64,000 bases of DNA. Origin: an uncultured Prolixibacteraceae bacterium. Its GTDB lineage: Bacteria > Bacteroidota > Bacteroidia > Bacteroidales > FEN-979. Within the stretch, counting starts at the first letter, position 1. Each line of letters starts with the position of its first letter. Shown piece by piece: positions 39,700-49,908 of the stretch. The position numbers and the translations under genes were made by a program. The DNA lies in the NCBI GenBank assembly GCA_964429135.1, contig CAYSAU010000004.1, positions 127,028 to 191,027 on the forward strand, in the 5' to 3' direction. The notes below the pieces were generated by a model that worked only from the letters and a program-made list of their open reading frames with translations, was not told the DNA's origin and did no database searches.

Positions 39700-41210
39700 G
39701 CTTACTTCCTTACTTTTTTGGTTCATCACAAGAGGTGAAAACGGAAAAGCCTTCCGACCCACCTTTACGCATTGAAATACCGGTCAAATCAGATAAAGAA
39801 ACATACCGGCTTACTTCTTGTGATTCAAACGGAGTTATGCTTTTTTTTAAAAGCATTGAATCCATGGAAGAATCCAGGATAAAATGGTATTTTTCCTTCT
39901 ATGACCGGAATTTACAAGTTGTCTGGACGAAAACGATTCCGTTGGATGAACACATGGAATACCGCTTTTCGGCATATCACCAGGACACCCTGGTGATGCT
40001 GTTTTCCCTGTCAGGAAAGAAAAAAGGGAATGCGGCCGATTATCAAATACTACGAATACTCCTGAATAAATCCGTTTTTATTATCAACCAGGGCATGTTG
40101 CCTGTTAACTCAGAAGTGGCTTTCTTCAGTCATGCCCATCAACAGGTATGGCTGGGCATAAAATCAAAAGCAATTCCGGATCAATTGCTACATGTGAACC
40201 TTGGAAGCGGTAATCAACACTTATTTCCCCTCGGAGAAGGTAGTCAGATCAGCCTTCGCTGGATGGCTTCCGATACTTCAGGCCAATTTATCAGGGCCGT
40301 GGTTACCCGTCAGGTCTCAAAAAAGTCCTGGGAGCATTATCTGGTGAACTATGATACTACGGGAAAAATCAGAAATGAAAAACTGATTGGGAACATGAGC
40401 ACGGATCTTAATTTTACAGGATTTCAAGTGTATTCCTCCGGCGATGGAAAAGATATGGTACTGGGAACTTATGGAATAAACAGTGAAAAGGAATCCTCAG
40501 GGTTTTTCTCCAAATTCTTTGCCGCCGGAACTCAGAATATGACGAATTTTTATCATTTTTTGGAACTCCATCATGCAAAGGATTTATTAAGTGAAAAAGA
40601 TATTCTGGGACTTAAAAAGAAAGCCCTGAAAAAAAACCGCAAACCTGGGGAATATCCTCTTGATTTTAATCTTCTTCTCCACACAATATTTTTCAGGGAG
40701 GGTGAATACATTTTATGCGGAGAGATATTTTCCCCTCAATATCATACAGAAAGTTTTACTGATTTTGATTTTTATGGAAGACCTTATTCAAACAGTTATT
40801 CAGTCTTTGATGGCTATCGCTTTACCCATGCACTGATTGCCGGGTTTGGTCATGACGGCCAATTAAAATGGGATAATGCGCTGAATATTAGAAATGTAGT
40901 TTCTTATGAACTTAGTAGCAAAGTGAATTTTTTCCCGTCCGGGGAAAATATGGTTTTGTGTTACCTTGGTGATGGCAGGATAGGGTATAAAATGATCCGC
41001 GCAAATGAGGAAGTGGAAAAAACCGAATATATACCGATTGAAATGCTGCATCCCGGGGATAAATTACTGACTGAAACCCGTTCCAGGATGATCCCCTGGT
41101 ATGGTTCTTATTTTCTGTGTTCCGGGTATCAGGAAATAAAAAATGTTTCCCTTGACAATAACAACAAAAGATTGGTTTTTTATTATACCAAAATACGTTT
41201 TGAGGAGTAG
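39666..41210 (+). CDS. hypothetical protein (orphan, possibly secreted)
   Basis: This 514 aa ORF matches no family I recognise. The ORF-track TTG start at 39666 lies inside the upstream terminator hairpin but would give a signal-peptide-like N-terminus (KATLVFFCLLPYFFGSSQ). Alternative starts are the TTG at 39687 and the GTG at 39735. Confidence 0.5.
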   Translation: MPYYKATLVFFCLLPYFFGSSQEVKTEKPSDPPLRIEIPVKSDKETYRLTSCDSNGVMLFFKSIESMEESRIKWYFSFYDRNLQVVWTKTIPLDEHMEYRFSAYHQDTLVMLFSLSGKKKGNAADYQILRILLNKSVFIINQGMLPVNSEVAFFSHAHQQVWLGIKSKAIPDQLLHVNLGSGNQHLFPLGEGSQISLRWMASDTSGQFIRAVVTRQVSKKSWEHYLVNYDTTGKIRNEKLIGNMSTDLNFTGFQVYSSGDGKDMVLGTYGINSEKESSGFFSKFFAAGTQNMTNFYHFLELHHAKDLLSEKDILGLKKKALKKNRKPGEYPLDFNLLLHTIFFREGEYILCGEIFSPQYHTESFTDFDFYGRPYSNSYSVFDGYRFTHALIAGFGHDGQLKWDNALNIRNVVSYELSSKVNFFPSGENMVLCYLGDGRIGYKMIRANEEVEKTEYIPIEMLHPGDKLLTETRSRMIPWYGSYFLCSGYQEIKNVSLDNNNKRLVFYYTKIRFEE

Positions 41211-41224
41211 GTGGAAAAACGCTG

Positions 41225-41545
41225 TCAGGGCTGTTTGACCACAAATAATTTGTTGTCACAGGGTAGAATCATCATGGTGGTATCAAAATAATACCTCGGT
41301 CCTGTGATTTTTATCTGATAAGGGTTGTTGCCTGTCAGATCGAACCTTTGGGTATAATCTTTATTTACGGTAACGGTATTATGGATTTGGACCACAGTGA
41401 CTGATATGGCTGAATCCATCTTGTTTTCCAGCCAAAGTATCCCTTTGCCTCCGCAAGGATCTTCTTCGGTTTTCTTTGAACAGCTTGCCATGGCGAAAAA
41501 TATTGCCATCAGGAAAAGGGTGACTGTAATGATATTTTTTTTCAT
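41225..41545 (-). CDS. small hypothetical lipoprotein
   Basis: The start is placed at MKKNIITVTLFLMAIFFAMASC (lipobox), giving about 106 aa. I recognise no family. Confidence 0.5.
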   Translation of the reverse strand: MKKNIITVTLFLMAIFFAMASCSKKTEEDPCGGKGILWLENKMDSAISVTVVQIHNTVTVNKDYTQRFDLTGNNPYQIKITGPRYYFDTTMMILPCDNKLFVVKQP

Positions 41546-41680
41546 AAAGAGGGAATTGACCAATGCAAAAATAACAGCTTTCTTTGAATAACAAAATTCT
41601 TTATTGTAAATTGTAGCCTATCAGAAAATATTTTGTTAGGGTTATACGTTCATTTTTGTAAAAGGTTATCAGATTATTAC

Positions 41681-41688
41681 TATTTTTG
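41681..41688 (+). promoter_or_regulatory. putative -7 box (TATTTTTG) upstream of the giant PKD gene
   Basis: It matches TAnnTTTG inside a 259-bp AT-rich non-coding region. A second ATTTTTGTA copy lies 30 nt upstream (41653-41661). It is a motif match only. Confidence 0.25.
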
Positions 41689-41804
41689 TATCTTATCGAG
41701 TTCAGAATAATATTTTCATCCTTTAAATACAACCCATTTGTTGTAACTTTAGTCTAATTTTCAAGTATAACATAAATCGGAATAATTTATCAAAACCCAA
41801 TCAT

Positions 41805-44800
41805 ATGTTCCATCGATTTATACGCTTTGCACTCCTCGCTACCTTGCTCACCACATCGATGTTCAGAATTGCTGCTCAACCTTGTGCAGATACAGAACCA
41901 AGGATCACCGGACCTGATGTGGTTTGTGCGAGCCTCACCAACACGATTACCTATATTACACCGGCAATAAGCGGGCATAATTATTCCTGGACGATAACCC
42001 GTACGAGTACCGGTAGCGGAGGATGGAGTGTGGTGGGTTCAACCACGACCAATCAACTGGATATTCGCTGGACTGCTCCCGGAAATTACCTGTTGACCCT
42101 TACTGAAGGCGTGAGCGCATCGCCTTGTACTCCCGTGCAAACCACGCTGAGTGTTACTGTTCAACCATATCTGGTAGCTTATTTTACGTATGTGGCAACC
42201 TCTGAATGCTTTAACAATATTGTTGATTTTCAGGGTGACAGATCCAGCCCCCCTTCGGGAGACCCCACTCTTACATATAATTGGACATTTACCGATGGAA
42301 GTTGGACCACTACTTCCAATATTGCCAATCCTCAGATCTCTTTCCCGTCTACTCCTGGAGTCACTTATGAAGCTACCCTCAGGGTTTCAAAAACAGATGC
42401 CTTTGGAAGAGTTTGGGAAGATGCCATCACCGATTATATTTATGTTGATCCGAACAAATATAAACCTATCGCATTATTTACTGCCACTCCAGTGGGATGC
42501 CTATATGATGGTATTCGCTTCGATGCCAGCGCCAGCCAGCCGACCCATGTGATTACCAGTGAAAGTATTCTTCACTTTACCTGGGATTTTGGCGATGGAA
42601 ATGTTGTAACCTATCCCGGCACACAGCCCATAGTCGTTCATAATTACACCACTTATGGCAATTATACAGTTCTGCTTACAGTGACCAATACAAAATACTG
42701 CACCGAGACTACAACCCCTTATATATTGAATGTTGCAAATACCATTCCTCTCTCACAATTCACCTTATCACCTGCCTGTTTAAATGAACAAACGGTATTC
42801 GATCCCCGGAACTCCATAACTCCGACCGGTACGATTACAGATCTTTTCTGGACTTTTGGTGATGGCTCAGTAGCCACAACCCATGATGTAAATGAATTGG
42901 TTAACCATACTTATACCGAACTTGATATTCCCCAACCAGCAACATTAAGGGTCAGGAACTCGTTAAATTGTCTATCTGAAATTTATCAGCTCCCCGTGAC
43001 TGTTAACCGCTCCCCAAGGGCTGTTTTTACTCATGGGAATGCCTGTGCCGGGAATCCGGTGACGTTTACGAATACCAGTCAGCCAGAAGGGGGATCCAGT
43101 ATCGTTTTACATGAATGGGATTTTGGAGACGGAAATACAAGCAACGAGGTGAACCCCATCCATCTTTATACAGGAACTGGAACATTTCCCGTCACCCTCA
43201 CAGTGACCAATAATGATGGATGCAGGAACATTACTTCCGATGTGATCACGGTCAGTCCGAGGCCCGATGTTGAGTTTACTGCAACCCTGGGAAGTTCTCC
43301 TTTCGTGATGAACTTCCAGGAAGTACTGAATTCTACACAATTTGTCGGTAACAATCTGGTATGGGATTTCGGCGATGGCAGCGGTACCACCGGTCCCACC
43401 CCCGTCCATTCCTATCCGGGCCCTGGAACTTTTCTGGTCACCCTTACCGGAACTGACATGATGACCCAATGCCCTAATACCGTCCAGCATTCTGTTACTC
43501 TGGGGGCAATTCCCTCCGCTTATTTTTCAGCCATCCCGGATGAACAGTGTCAGGGTAGCACCATTTCCTTTGTTCCGCAAATTCCTCCCGGAGGTTTTAT
43601 TCAGGATGAAGACTGGTATTTCAATGACGGATCTTTACCCAACCCGGTTCACTATGATTTTCCAAATACCCCGGCTTTTCCGGTTCATACCTTCAACAGT
43701 TCCGGTACTTATCTGGTGGAGCGTTATGTTAACCGTGGTACCGCCAACGAGGCATACCATAGTTTATATGTCACTATTCATCAGTTGCCGACCGCCATGT
43801 TTACCTGGTTCAGCGATCCTTCCTGGACGCATCAGTTATTTGCCTGCAGTGGGCAGCCGGTTTATTTCCACGACCTTTCCAATTCGGAAGAACCCCCTGG
43901 GGTGATATATAAATGGTATTGGGATTTCGATGATCCGGCATCCGGCCCTGACCAGTTTTCGACGCTGAAGGATCCCATTCATACTTTTATCGGAGCAGGC
44001 CCATTTAATGTTTCACTCACGGTTACCGATAACCTCAGGGATTGTAAAAGCACCGTGACCCATCAGGTTATAATAAATCCTCCTATTCCGGTTGAGTTTA
44101 CCTATACCAATAATAACTGTGTCAACCAACTGGCCTATTTTACTCCTAATCCGGCTTTGATTCCATCCGATTACACCTGGTTATGGAATTTTGGTGATGG
44201 TTTTTCAATCAATACTCCGGGGTCAGTTTCACATTTATATTCCGCTGTAGGCGTTTATCCTGTTACTTTGACCCTGACGGATCAATATGGATGTACCAAA
44301 TCAATCACTCACGATATTACAATCATTCCAGGACCAATTGCAAATTTCACCTTTACCTCCCCGACTTGTCATGGTCAGCCCATTCAGTTTACTGACCTGT
44401 CTTATGTACCTAATCCCTATCCCGATATTATTACTGCCTGGGCCTGGGATTTTGGCGATGGAGTGGGCACTTCCACCCTTAAGGACCCGGTTTATACTTA
44501 TCCCACTTTCAATCCCGGGGGTTATTATGTCAGCTTAACCGTTACCACCAACCGTGGTTGTACGGCTACCCGGACTTATCTTGTTCAACCTATTCCTTCT
44601 CCGGCAGCTGACTTTAAGATCGTACCCCTCACGCCTGCCTGTGCGGGTCAGACCGCTCAGTTCCAGGATGACTCCCAAACCAACGGTGTGGACATTGCTA
44701 GCTGGTCTTGGGATTTCGGAGATCCGGGCTCAGGTACGGGCAATTACTCGACAGCTCAAAATCCGATACATTTGTTCAGCGCTCCCGGAACTTATATGGT

Positions 44801-47800
44801 TTCCTTGACCGTGAAAAACGTTAACAACTGCAGTAATACAAGAATCAAACCCATTACCATCAATACCCCACCTACGGCTGACTTTTCGGCCACTGAAGCC
44901 TGCCAGGGAACGAATACGGTTTTCACAGATAATTCTACCACACCCGCAGGTACAAATATTACCACTTATACTTGGGACTTCGGTGATGGCTTCGGAGGTA
45001 CAGGCCCTAACCCTCAACATGCTTATGCTACTTATGGAACCTACTATGTCAGACTGACGATTTTAAATACCGACCTCTGTATCAATGAAACCGTTAAACC
45101 GGTTTTTGTTCATCCTAACCCCTTGCCTGATTTTTCATTTTCGCCTTCCACCTGTATCGGAAATCCGGTTTCCTTTACGAATCTGTCCACCATGCCTCCG
45201 GGAAATGGTTTTTCAGACAGACCGGATATCTGGACATGGGATTTCGGCGATGGCTCTCTTCCTGTTACCATCAATTACCCGGATAACCCAAATATTGTTC
45301 ATACTTTCCTGGGTACTGCCCCATCTCATATTGTTACCTTGACCGTTACCTCAAATACAGGGTGCGTGGCATCCATACAAAAAACGGTTAACAGTGTTCC
45401 ATCCCCGGATGCAAATTTCTCTTATTCAGGAAGCCAATGTGCTGATCAGGCTATTCAATTTACAGATCAGACTTCGGAAGCCGGAGGAGGAGCTATCCAG
45501 TCCTGGTACTGGACTTTTGGTGACCCTCTTTCAGGTGCCAGCAATACTTCCACTTTACGCAATCCCATTCATACTTTCATAGGTGGACCGGGAACCTATA
45601 CCGTTACGCTTTTAGTCACCAATACCAATGGATGTACCAGTACCAGATCGTATGATGTGATCATTAATATGAAACCTGTGTCGAATTTCACAGCCACCAC
45701 CCCCTGTGAAAACAGTCCGACTATCTTTACCAATACTTCTACCCCCAATGCCGCTGCCATTGTTTCCTCCTTCTGGGAATTCGGCGATGGAGGTACTTCT
45801 AACCAATCTTCTCCTACTTATACCTATCTGACTTACGGAATCAAGAATGTCAAACTTACCGTCACCAATTCCAATGGATGTATTCATGATACTACCAAGC
45901 AGGTTTCAGTCTATCCTAAACCAACAGCATCATTCACCTATTCAGCCAATGCCTGTATAGGAAATCCGGTGAACTTTGTCAATCATTCAACCGTTCCCGG
46001 CTCCATGTCGAGTTATATCAATACCTGGGTTTGGGATTTCAATGATGGTTCACCGGTACAAACCATAACCTACCCTGATAATCCTGATGTGACCCATACC
46101 TTTCTCGGTACTGCCACCTCCTTTACCGTGCGACTTACCGTGACGACTACTGCTGGGTGCACCAATTTCATTGATCAAACCGTAAATCTTGTTCCATCTC
46201 CCGTTGCAAACTTCTCTTATTCTTCCACCAATTGTATTTATCAATCTGTACAATTCACAGATCAAACGCAAACTGCCGGAGGAAGCAATATTCAATTCTG
46301 GAGCTGGAATTTTGACGATCCGGGATCAGGATCAAATAACTTCTCACAGTTACAAAACCCTGTTCATATTTTTCAATCCAGCGGAACCAAGACGATCACC
46401 CTGATCGTAACCAGTATGAACGGGTGTAAGGATACTGTGACCAAAGACCTGACCATCAATGCCCGTCCGGTTTCACAGTTCTCTGCCACCACTGCCTGTT
46501 TGGGGTCGGTAACAACTTTTACAGATGAGTCAACCCCCCCGTCAGGTGCTAGCATTGTCAGTCATTTCTGGGAATTCGGGGATGGAGGTACTTCTTCGAT
46601 TGCCAATCCGACATATACCTATTTGTTGGCAGGCAATCATAATGTCACACTTACCGTAACCACCAATCAGGGTTGTACAAAAGACACCACCATACAGGTA
46701 ACTGTGCTGGGTAAACCTATATCAAGCTTTACTTACACTTCTCCGAATTGCTCGACTGATTCCGTGTATTTCACCGATCATTCTTCCACACCTCATGGTT
46801 CAATCACCAAATGGGAATGGAACTTTCAGGATGGATCTCCGGTAGTCACACGCAATTATCCGGAATCACCCAATGTGGCGCATAAGTTTCCCAATGGAGG
46901 CACCTTCAATGTGAAACTGACGATTACGACATCGGATGATTGTGTGTCGGAAAAAACCCTTCCGGTACAGGTTGAATTTGCACCCCTGGCTAATTTCAGT
47001 TTTGCCGCCAATGCCTGTGCGCTTTCTCCTATTCAGTTCACAGATAATTCCCAGCCCAATGGAGGGGCTCCGGTGGTGAACTGGAACTGGAATTTCGGAG
47101 ATCCCGGCTCAGGATCCAATAATACTTCCATAGTTCAAAATCCCACCCATGCCTTTACGGCAGGAGGCACATACGATGTTTATCTGATTGTGACCAATGT
47201 TAACGGATGTAGGGATACCATTCAAAAATCCATTACCGTCAACAATGCCCCGGTAGCTATATTTACTGCTGATACTTCCTGCTTGACAAGTCCGACTCAG
47301 TTCATCGACCAGTCCACCACCTCTCCTGGAAATATCATTGCATGGGCCTGGAATTTTGGGGATCCGGCATCAGGTACGAACAATACCTCGACCTTGCAGA
47401 ATCCAACGCATATATATAATTCCCCGGGAACATATACCGTATTGCTGACGGTGACCAATACAGCTACCTGTACAAAAGACACTTCAATGCAGGTGACAGT
47501 GAACCCGAAACCAGTGGCTTTATTCAGTTATTCAGCAAGCTGTGTGGGAGATTCCACACAATTTACGGATTTATCCATCGCTCCGGGAAGCTCAGTGACT
47601 TCCTGGTTGTGGGATTTTAATGATGGTTCCCCAACGGTTAACCAGCAGAACCCTATGCATGCGTTCATGACTTCCGGAACTTTCCAGGTAAAACTGGTGG
47701 TGACTAACTTGAGTAATTGCAAGGATTCCGTGATCATACCCGTTGTAACACGTCCCACCCCGACAGCCGCTTTTCAGTATGTCAATTTCTTCTGTCCGGC

Positions 47801-49889
47801 AGGTCAGGTGAATTTCCAGGATCAATCCACAGGAGCTGGTTCTGCCATCACAGATCATTACTGGATCTTTGAACCAGGTTATACCTCCACCCTGGTCAAC
47901 CCGACTCATGTATTTCCGGTAACCAATATGAAATACTTTGTTCAACTGATCGTCACCGATAATTTCGGATGTAAGGATACCATCGGTGACAGTGTGTTTG
48001 TGAAACCCGGGTTCAGTTTTACCTTTACCAATGATACGGTTTGTCTGGGTTATCCGACCCATTTCAATCCCATCAACAATGCTGAAGGGGATAGCCTTTA
48101 CTCTGTGGCCTGGAATTTCGGAGATCCGAATTCAGGACCGGCAAATATTTCATACCAGTACAGACCTCAGCATATTTTCACCCAACCCGGATTATATTCC
48201 GTGAAAATGAAAGCATGGAATTCCGATAACTGTGTGGATAGCATTTACAGGGATATACAGGTATTTGCGCCGCCCAAAGCTGCTTTTGCCTTCCAGAACC
48301 CGCCCTGCGACAGTACGGTATATTTCCATGATTCCACGATGATTACAGGTAACGGGACCATTGCCAGCTGGGAGTGGAGATTCGGTGACGGAACACCTCC
48401 TCTGATTATTCCAGCTCCCGGTCCGGGAAGCACTTCTCATTTATATGTTAACGCGGGCTATTATCCAGTGACGCTGATCATTACCAATACAAGTGGATGT
48501 GTTGACAGTCTGACAAAGATCGTACAAAGATTCCCATGCATCAAAGCAGTATTTGAATATCCAGACACCCTGCGATGTGCCCGTTATCAGATCTCATTCT
48601 CTGACAGCTCACTGCCGGTTTCCATGATCACTCAATGGCATTGGAAATGGGGTGACGGAAAGGATACTACCTATACCAGTCATGGGTCACCGATTACTCA
48701 TATCTATGCAGATTCGGGAAGATATGCGGTTACTCTGGCCATACGGGCTTTGCTTGATGGGGTCACGATCAAGGACAGCATGACAAGATTTGTCACTGTT
48801 CATCCGACACCCTACTCCCTCTTTTCAAATATGGGCGTCTGTCTGAATCAACCGACCATCTTCCTGGATACTTCCAGAACATTCGGAGAACCTATTAAAC
48901 AATGGAACTGGGAATTCGGGGAACCAACATCCGGTGTTAATGACACTTCCACAAAACAGAATCCTGTTCATAAATATATGAATAAAGGTCTTTATGATGT
49001 AGAACTTCTGGTCATGAACCGTTTCGGTTGTAAAGATTCACTGACCAAAACCACCCGGGTTTATGGTTTGCCTGAAGCCCATTTTGCCAGTTCGGTAGCT
49101 TGTACCGGAGATCCAACTTATTTCACCGATAATTCGATCCTGTCAGATACCATAGCGGGTTTCTGGGCATGGAATTTTGGCGAGCTAAATTCTCAGAAAG
49201 ATACCTCCAACCTCCAGAATCCTGAATACAGATATAGAACGGAAGGTGATTACCTGGTTCGGTTTATTGTGAAAGATTACTATGGTTGCAAGGACACCAT
49301 TGATTCTACCATCAGGGTGAACATTACTCCGACCAGCGCCTTTACTTTTACAGAGAATTTTGACGGACGCCAGGGTAAAGTGAAGCTGAATAACCATTCG
49401 GATGGAGCCACGGTTTACAATTGGGATTTTGGCAACGGAATGACTTCTACTGAGGATAATCCCATTGTGAGTTATACGGAAGATGGAACATACATCATCA
49501 AACTGATTGCCTTGAACCAGTTTGATTGTTCTGACACCACTTTCTTCGAGTACAAATTGTTGTTTAAAGGACTATATGTACCTAATGCCTTCTCACCAAC
49601 CAGTACCATTCTTGCAGTGAGGCTGTTCCAACCTGTTGGCATGAATCTGAAGCAGTATCATATTACAGTGTTTGACAGTTGGGGTCATCTGATGTGGGAA
49701 TCCACCAAACTTGACGATAAAGGAAGACCGGCTGAAGGATGGGATGGTACCTATAACGGGAATATCATGCCTCAGGGGAATTATATGTGGAAAATCAAAG
49801 CCCTTTTTGTTGATGATTCTCCATGGAACGGCTCTGATATCGGTGTAGGCGAATATAGTACCATGGGCTCTGTGACATTAATCAGATAA
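41805..49889 (+). CDS. giant cell-surface protein with about 28 PKD repeats and a T9SS type B (gliding-motility-associated, CHU_C-type) C-terminal domain
   Basis: It is 2694 aa with a signal peptide. I counted about 28 occurrences of the W-x-F-G-D-G/P PKD core motif, each in an ~85-90 aa unit with paired Cys. The C-terminus YVPNAFSPTS...VFDSWGHLMWES...GWDGTYNGNIMPQGNYMWKIKA matches the type B sorting domain. Confidence 0.88.
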   Translation: MFHRFIRFALLATLLTTSMFRIAAQPCADTEPRITGPDVVCASLTNTITYITPAISGHNYSWTITRTSTGSGGWSVVGSTTTNQLDIRWTAPGNYLLTLTEGVSASPCTPVQTTLSVTVQPYLVAYFTYVATSECFNNIVDFQGDRSSPPSGDPTLTYNWTFTDGSWTTTSNIANPQISFPSTPGVTYEATLRVSKTDAFGRVWEDAITDYIYVDPNKYKPIALFTATPVGCLYDGIRFDASASQPTHVITSESILHFTWDFGDGNVVTYPGTQPIVVHNYTTYGNYTVLLTVTNTKYCTETTTPYILNVANTIPLSQFTLSPACLNEQTVFDPRNSITPTGTITDLFWTFGDGSVATTHDVNELVNHTYTELDIPQPATLRVRNSLNCLSEIYQLPVTVNRSPRAVFTHGNACAGNPVTFTNTSQPEGGSSIVLHEWDFGDGNTSNEVNPIHLYTGTGTFPVTLTVTNNDGCRNITSDVITVSPRPDVEFTATLGSSPFVMNFQEVLNSTQFVGNNLVWDFGDGSGTTGPTPVHSYPGPGTFLVTLTGTDMMTQCPNTVQHSVTLGAIPSAYFSAIPDEQCQGSTISFVPQIPPGGFIQDEDWYFNDGSLPNPVHYDFPNTPAFPVHTFNSSGTYLVERYVNRGTANEAYHSLYVTIHQLPTAMFTWFSDPSWTHQLFACSGQPVYFHDLSNSEEPPGVIYKWYWDFDDPASGPDQFSTLKDPIHTFIGAGPFNVSLTVTDNLRDCKSTVTHQVIINPPIPVEFTYTNNNCVNQLAYFTPNPALIPSDYTWLWNFGDGFSINTPGSVSHLYSAVGVYPVTLTLTDQYGCTKSITHDITIIPGPIANFTFTSPTCHGQPIQFTDLSYVPNPYPDIITAWAWDFGDGVGTSTLKDPVYTYPTFNPGGYYVSLTVTTNRGCTATRTYLVQPIPSPAADFKIVPLTPACAGQTAQFQDDSQTNGVDIASWSWDFGDPGSGTGNYSTAQNPIHLFSAPGTYMVSLTVKNVNNCSNTRIKPITINTPPTADFSATEACQGTNTVFTDNSTTPAGTNITTYTWDFGDGFGGTGPNPQHAYATYGTYYVRLTILNTDLCINETVKPVFVHPNPLPDFSFSPSTCIGNPVSFTNLSTMPPGNGFSDRPDIWTWDFGDGSLPVTINYPDNPNIVHTFLGTAPSHIVTLTVTSNTGCVASIQKTVNSVPSPDANFSYSGSQCADQAIQFTDQTSEAGGGAIQSWYWTFGDPLSGASNTSTLRNPIHTFIGGPGTYTVTLLVTNTNGCTSTRSYDVIINMKPVSNFTATTPCENSPTIFTNTSTPNAAAIVSSFWEFGDGGTSNQSSPTYTYLTYGIKNVKLTVTNSNGCIHDTTKQVSVYPKPTASFTYSANACIGNPVNFVNHSTVPGSMSSYINTWVWDFNDGSPVQTITYPDNPDVTHTFLGTATSFTVRLTVTTTAGCTNFIDQTVNLVPSPVANFSYSSTNCIYQSVQFTDQTQTAGGSNIQFWSWNFDDPGSGSNNFSQLQNPVHIFQSSGTKTITLIVTSMNGCKDTVTKDLTINARPVSQFSATTACLGSVTTFTDESTPPSGASIVSHFWEFGDGGTSSIANPTYTYLLAGNHNVTLTVTTNQGCTKDTTIQVTVLGKPISSFTYTSPNCSTDSVYFTDHSSTPHGSITKWEWNFQDGSPVVTRNYPESPNVAHKFPNGGTFNVKLTITTSDDCVSEKTLPVQVEFAPLANFSFAANACALSPIQFTDNSQPNGGAPVVNWNWNFGDPGSGSNNTSIVQNPTHAFTAGGTYDVYLIVTNVNGCRDTIQKSITVNNAPVAIFTADTSCLTSPTQFIDQSTTSPGNIIAWAWNFGDPASGTNNTSTLQNPTHIYNSPGTYTVLLTVTNTATCTKDTSMQVTVNPKPVALFSYSASCVGDSTQFTDLSIAPGSSVTSWLWDFNDGSPTVNQQNPMHAFMTSGTFQVKLVVTNLSNCKDSVIIPVVTRPTPTAAFQYVNFFCPAGQVNFQDQSTGAGSAITDHYWIFEPGYTSTLVNPTHVFPVTNMKYFVQLIVTDNFGCKDTIGDSVFVKPGFSFTFTNDTVCLGYPTHFNPINNAEGDSLYSVAWNFGDPNSGPANISYQYRPQHIFTQPGLYSVKMKAWNSDNCVDSIYRDIQVFAPPKAAFAFQNPPCDSTVYFHDSTMITGNGTIASWEWRFGDGTPPLIIPAPGPGSTSHLYVNAGYYPVTLIITNTSGCVDSLTKIVQRFPCIKAVFEYPDTLRCARYQISFSDSSLPVSMITQWHWKWGDGKDTTYTSHGSPITHIYADSGRYAVTLAIRALLDGVTIKDSMTRFVTVHPTPYSLFSNMGVCLNQPTIFLDTSRTFGEPIKQWNWEFGEPTSGVNDTSTKQNPVHKYMNKGLYDVELLVMNRFGCKDSLTKTTRVYGLPEAHFASSVACTGDPTYFTDNSILSDTIAGFWAWNFGELNSQKDTSNLQNPEYRYRTEGDYLVRFIVKDYYGCKDTIDSTIRVNITPTSAFTFTENFDGRQGKVKLNNHSDGATVYNWDFGNGMTSTEDNPIVSYTEDGTYIIKLIALNQFDCSDTTFFEYKLLFKGLYVPNAFSPTSTILAVRLFQPVGMNLKQYHITVFDSWGHLMWESTKLDDKGRPAEGWDGTYNGNIMPQGNYMWKIKALFVDDSPWNGSDIGVGEYSTMGSVTLIR
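45111..47505 (+). repeat. three tandem copies of a ~800-nt super-repeat, each encoding three PKD domains
   Basis: Units start at about 45111, 45914 and 46710. Within each unit the PKD cores follow the same order: F(G/N/Q)DGS(P/L) with YP(D/E)(N/S)P, then F(G/D)DP.SG..N.S, then a third PKD. The third is EFGDGGTS in units 1-2 and a second GDP-type core in unit 3. Boundaries are approximate. Confidence 0.7.
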
Positions 49890-49908
49890 CGCTAAAATAT
49901 TTCTCGTA

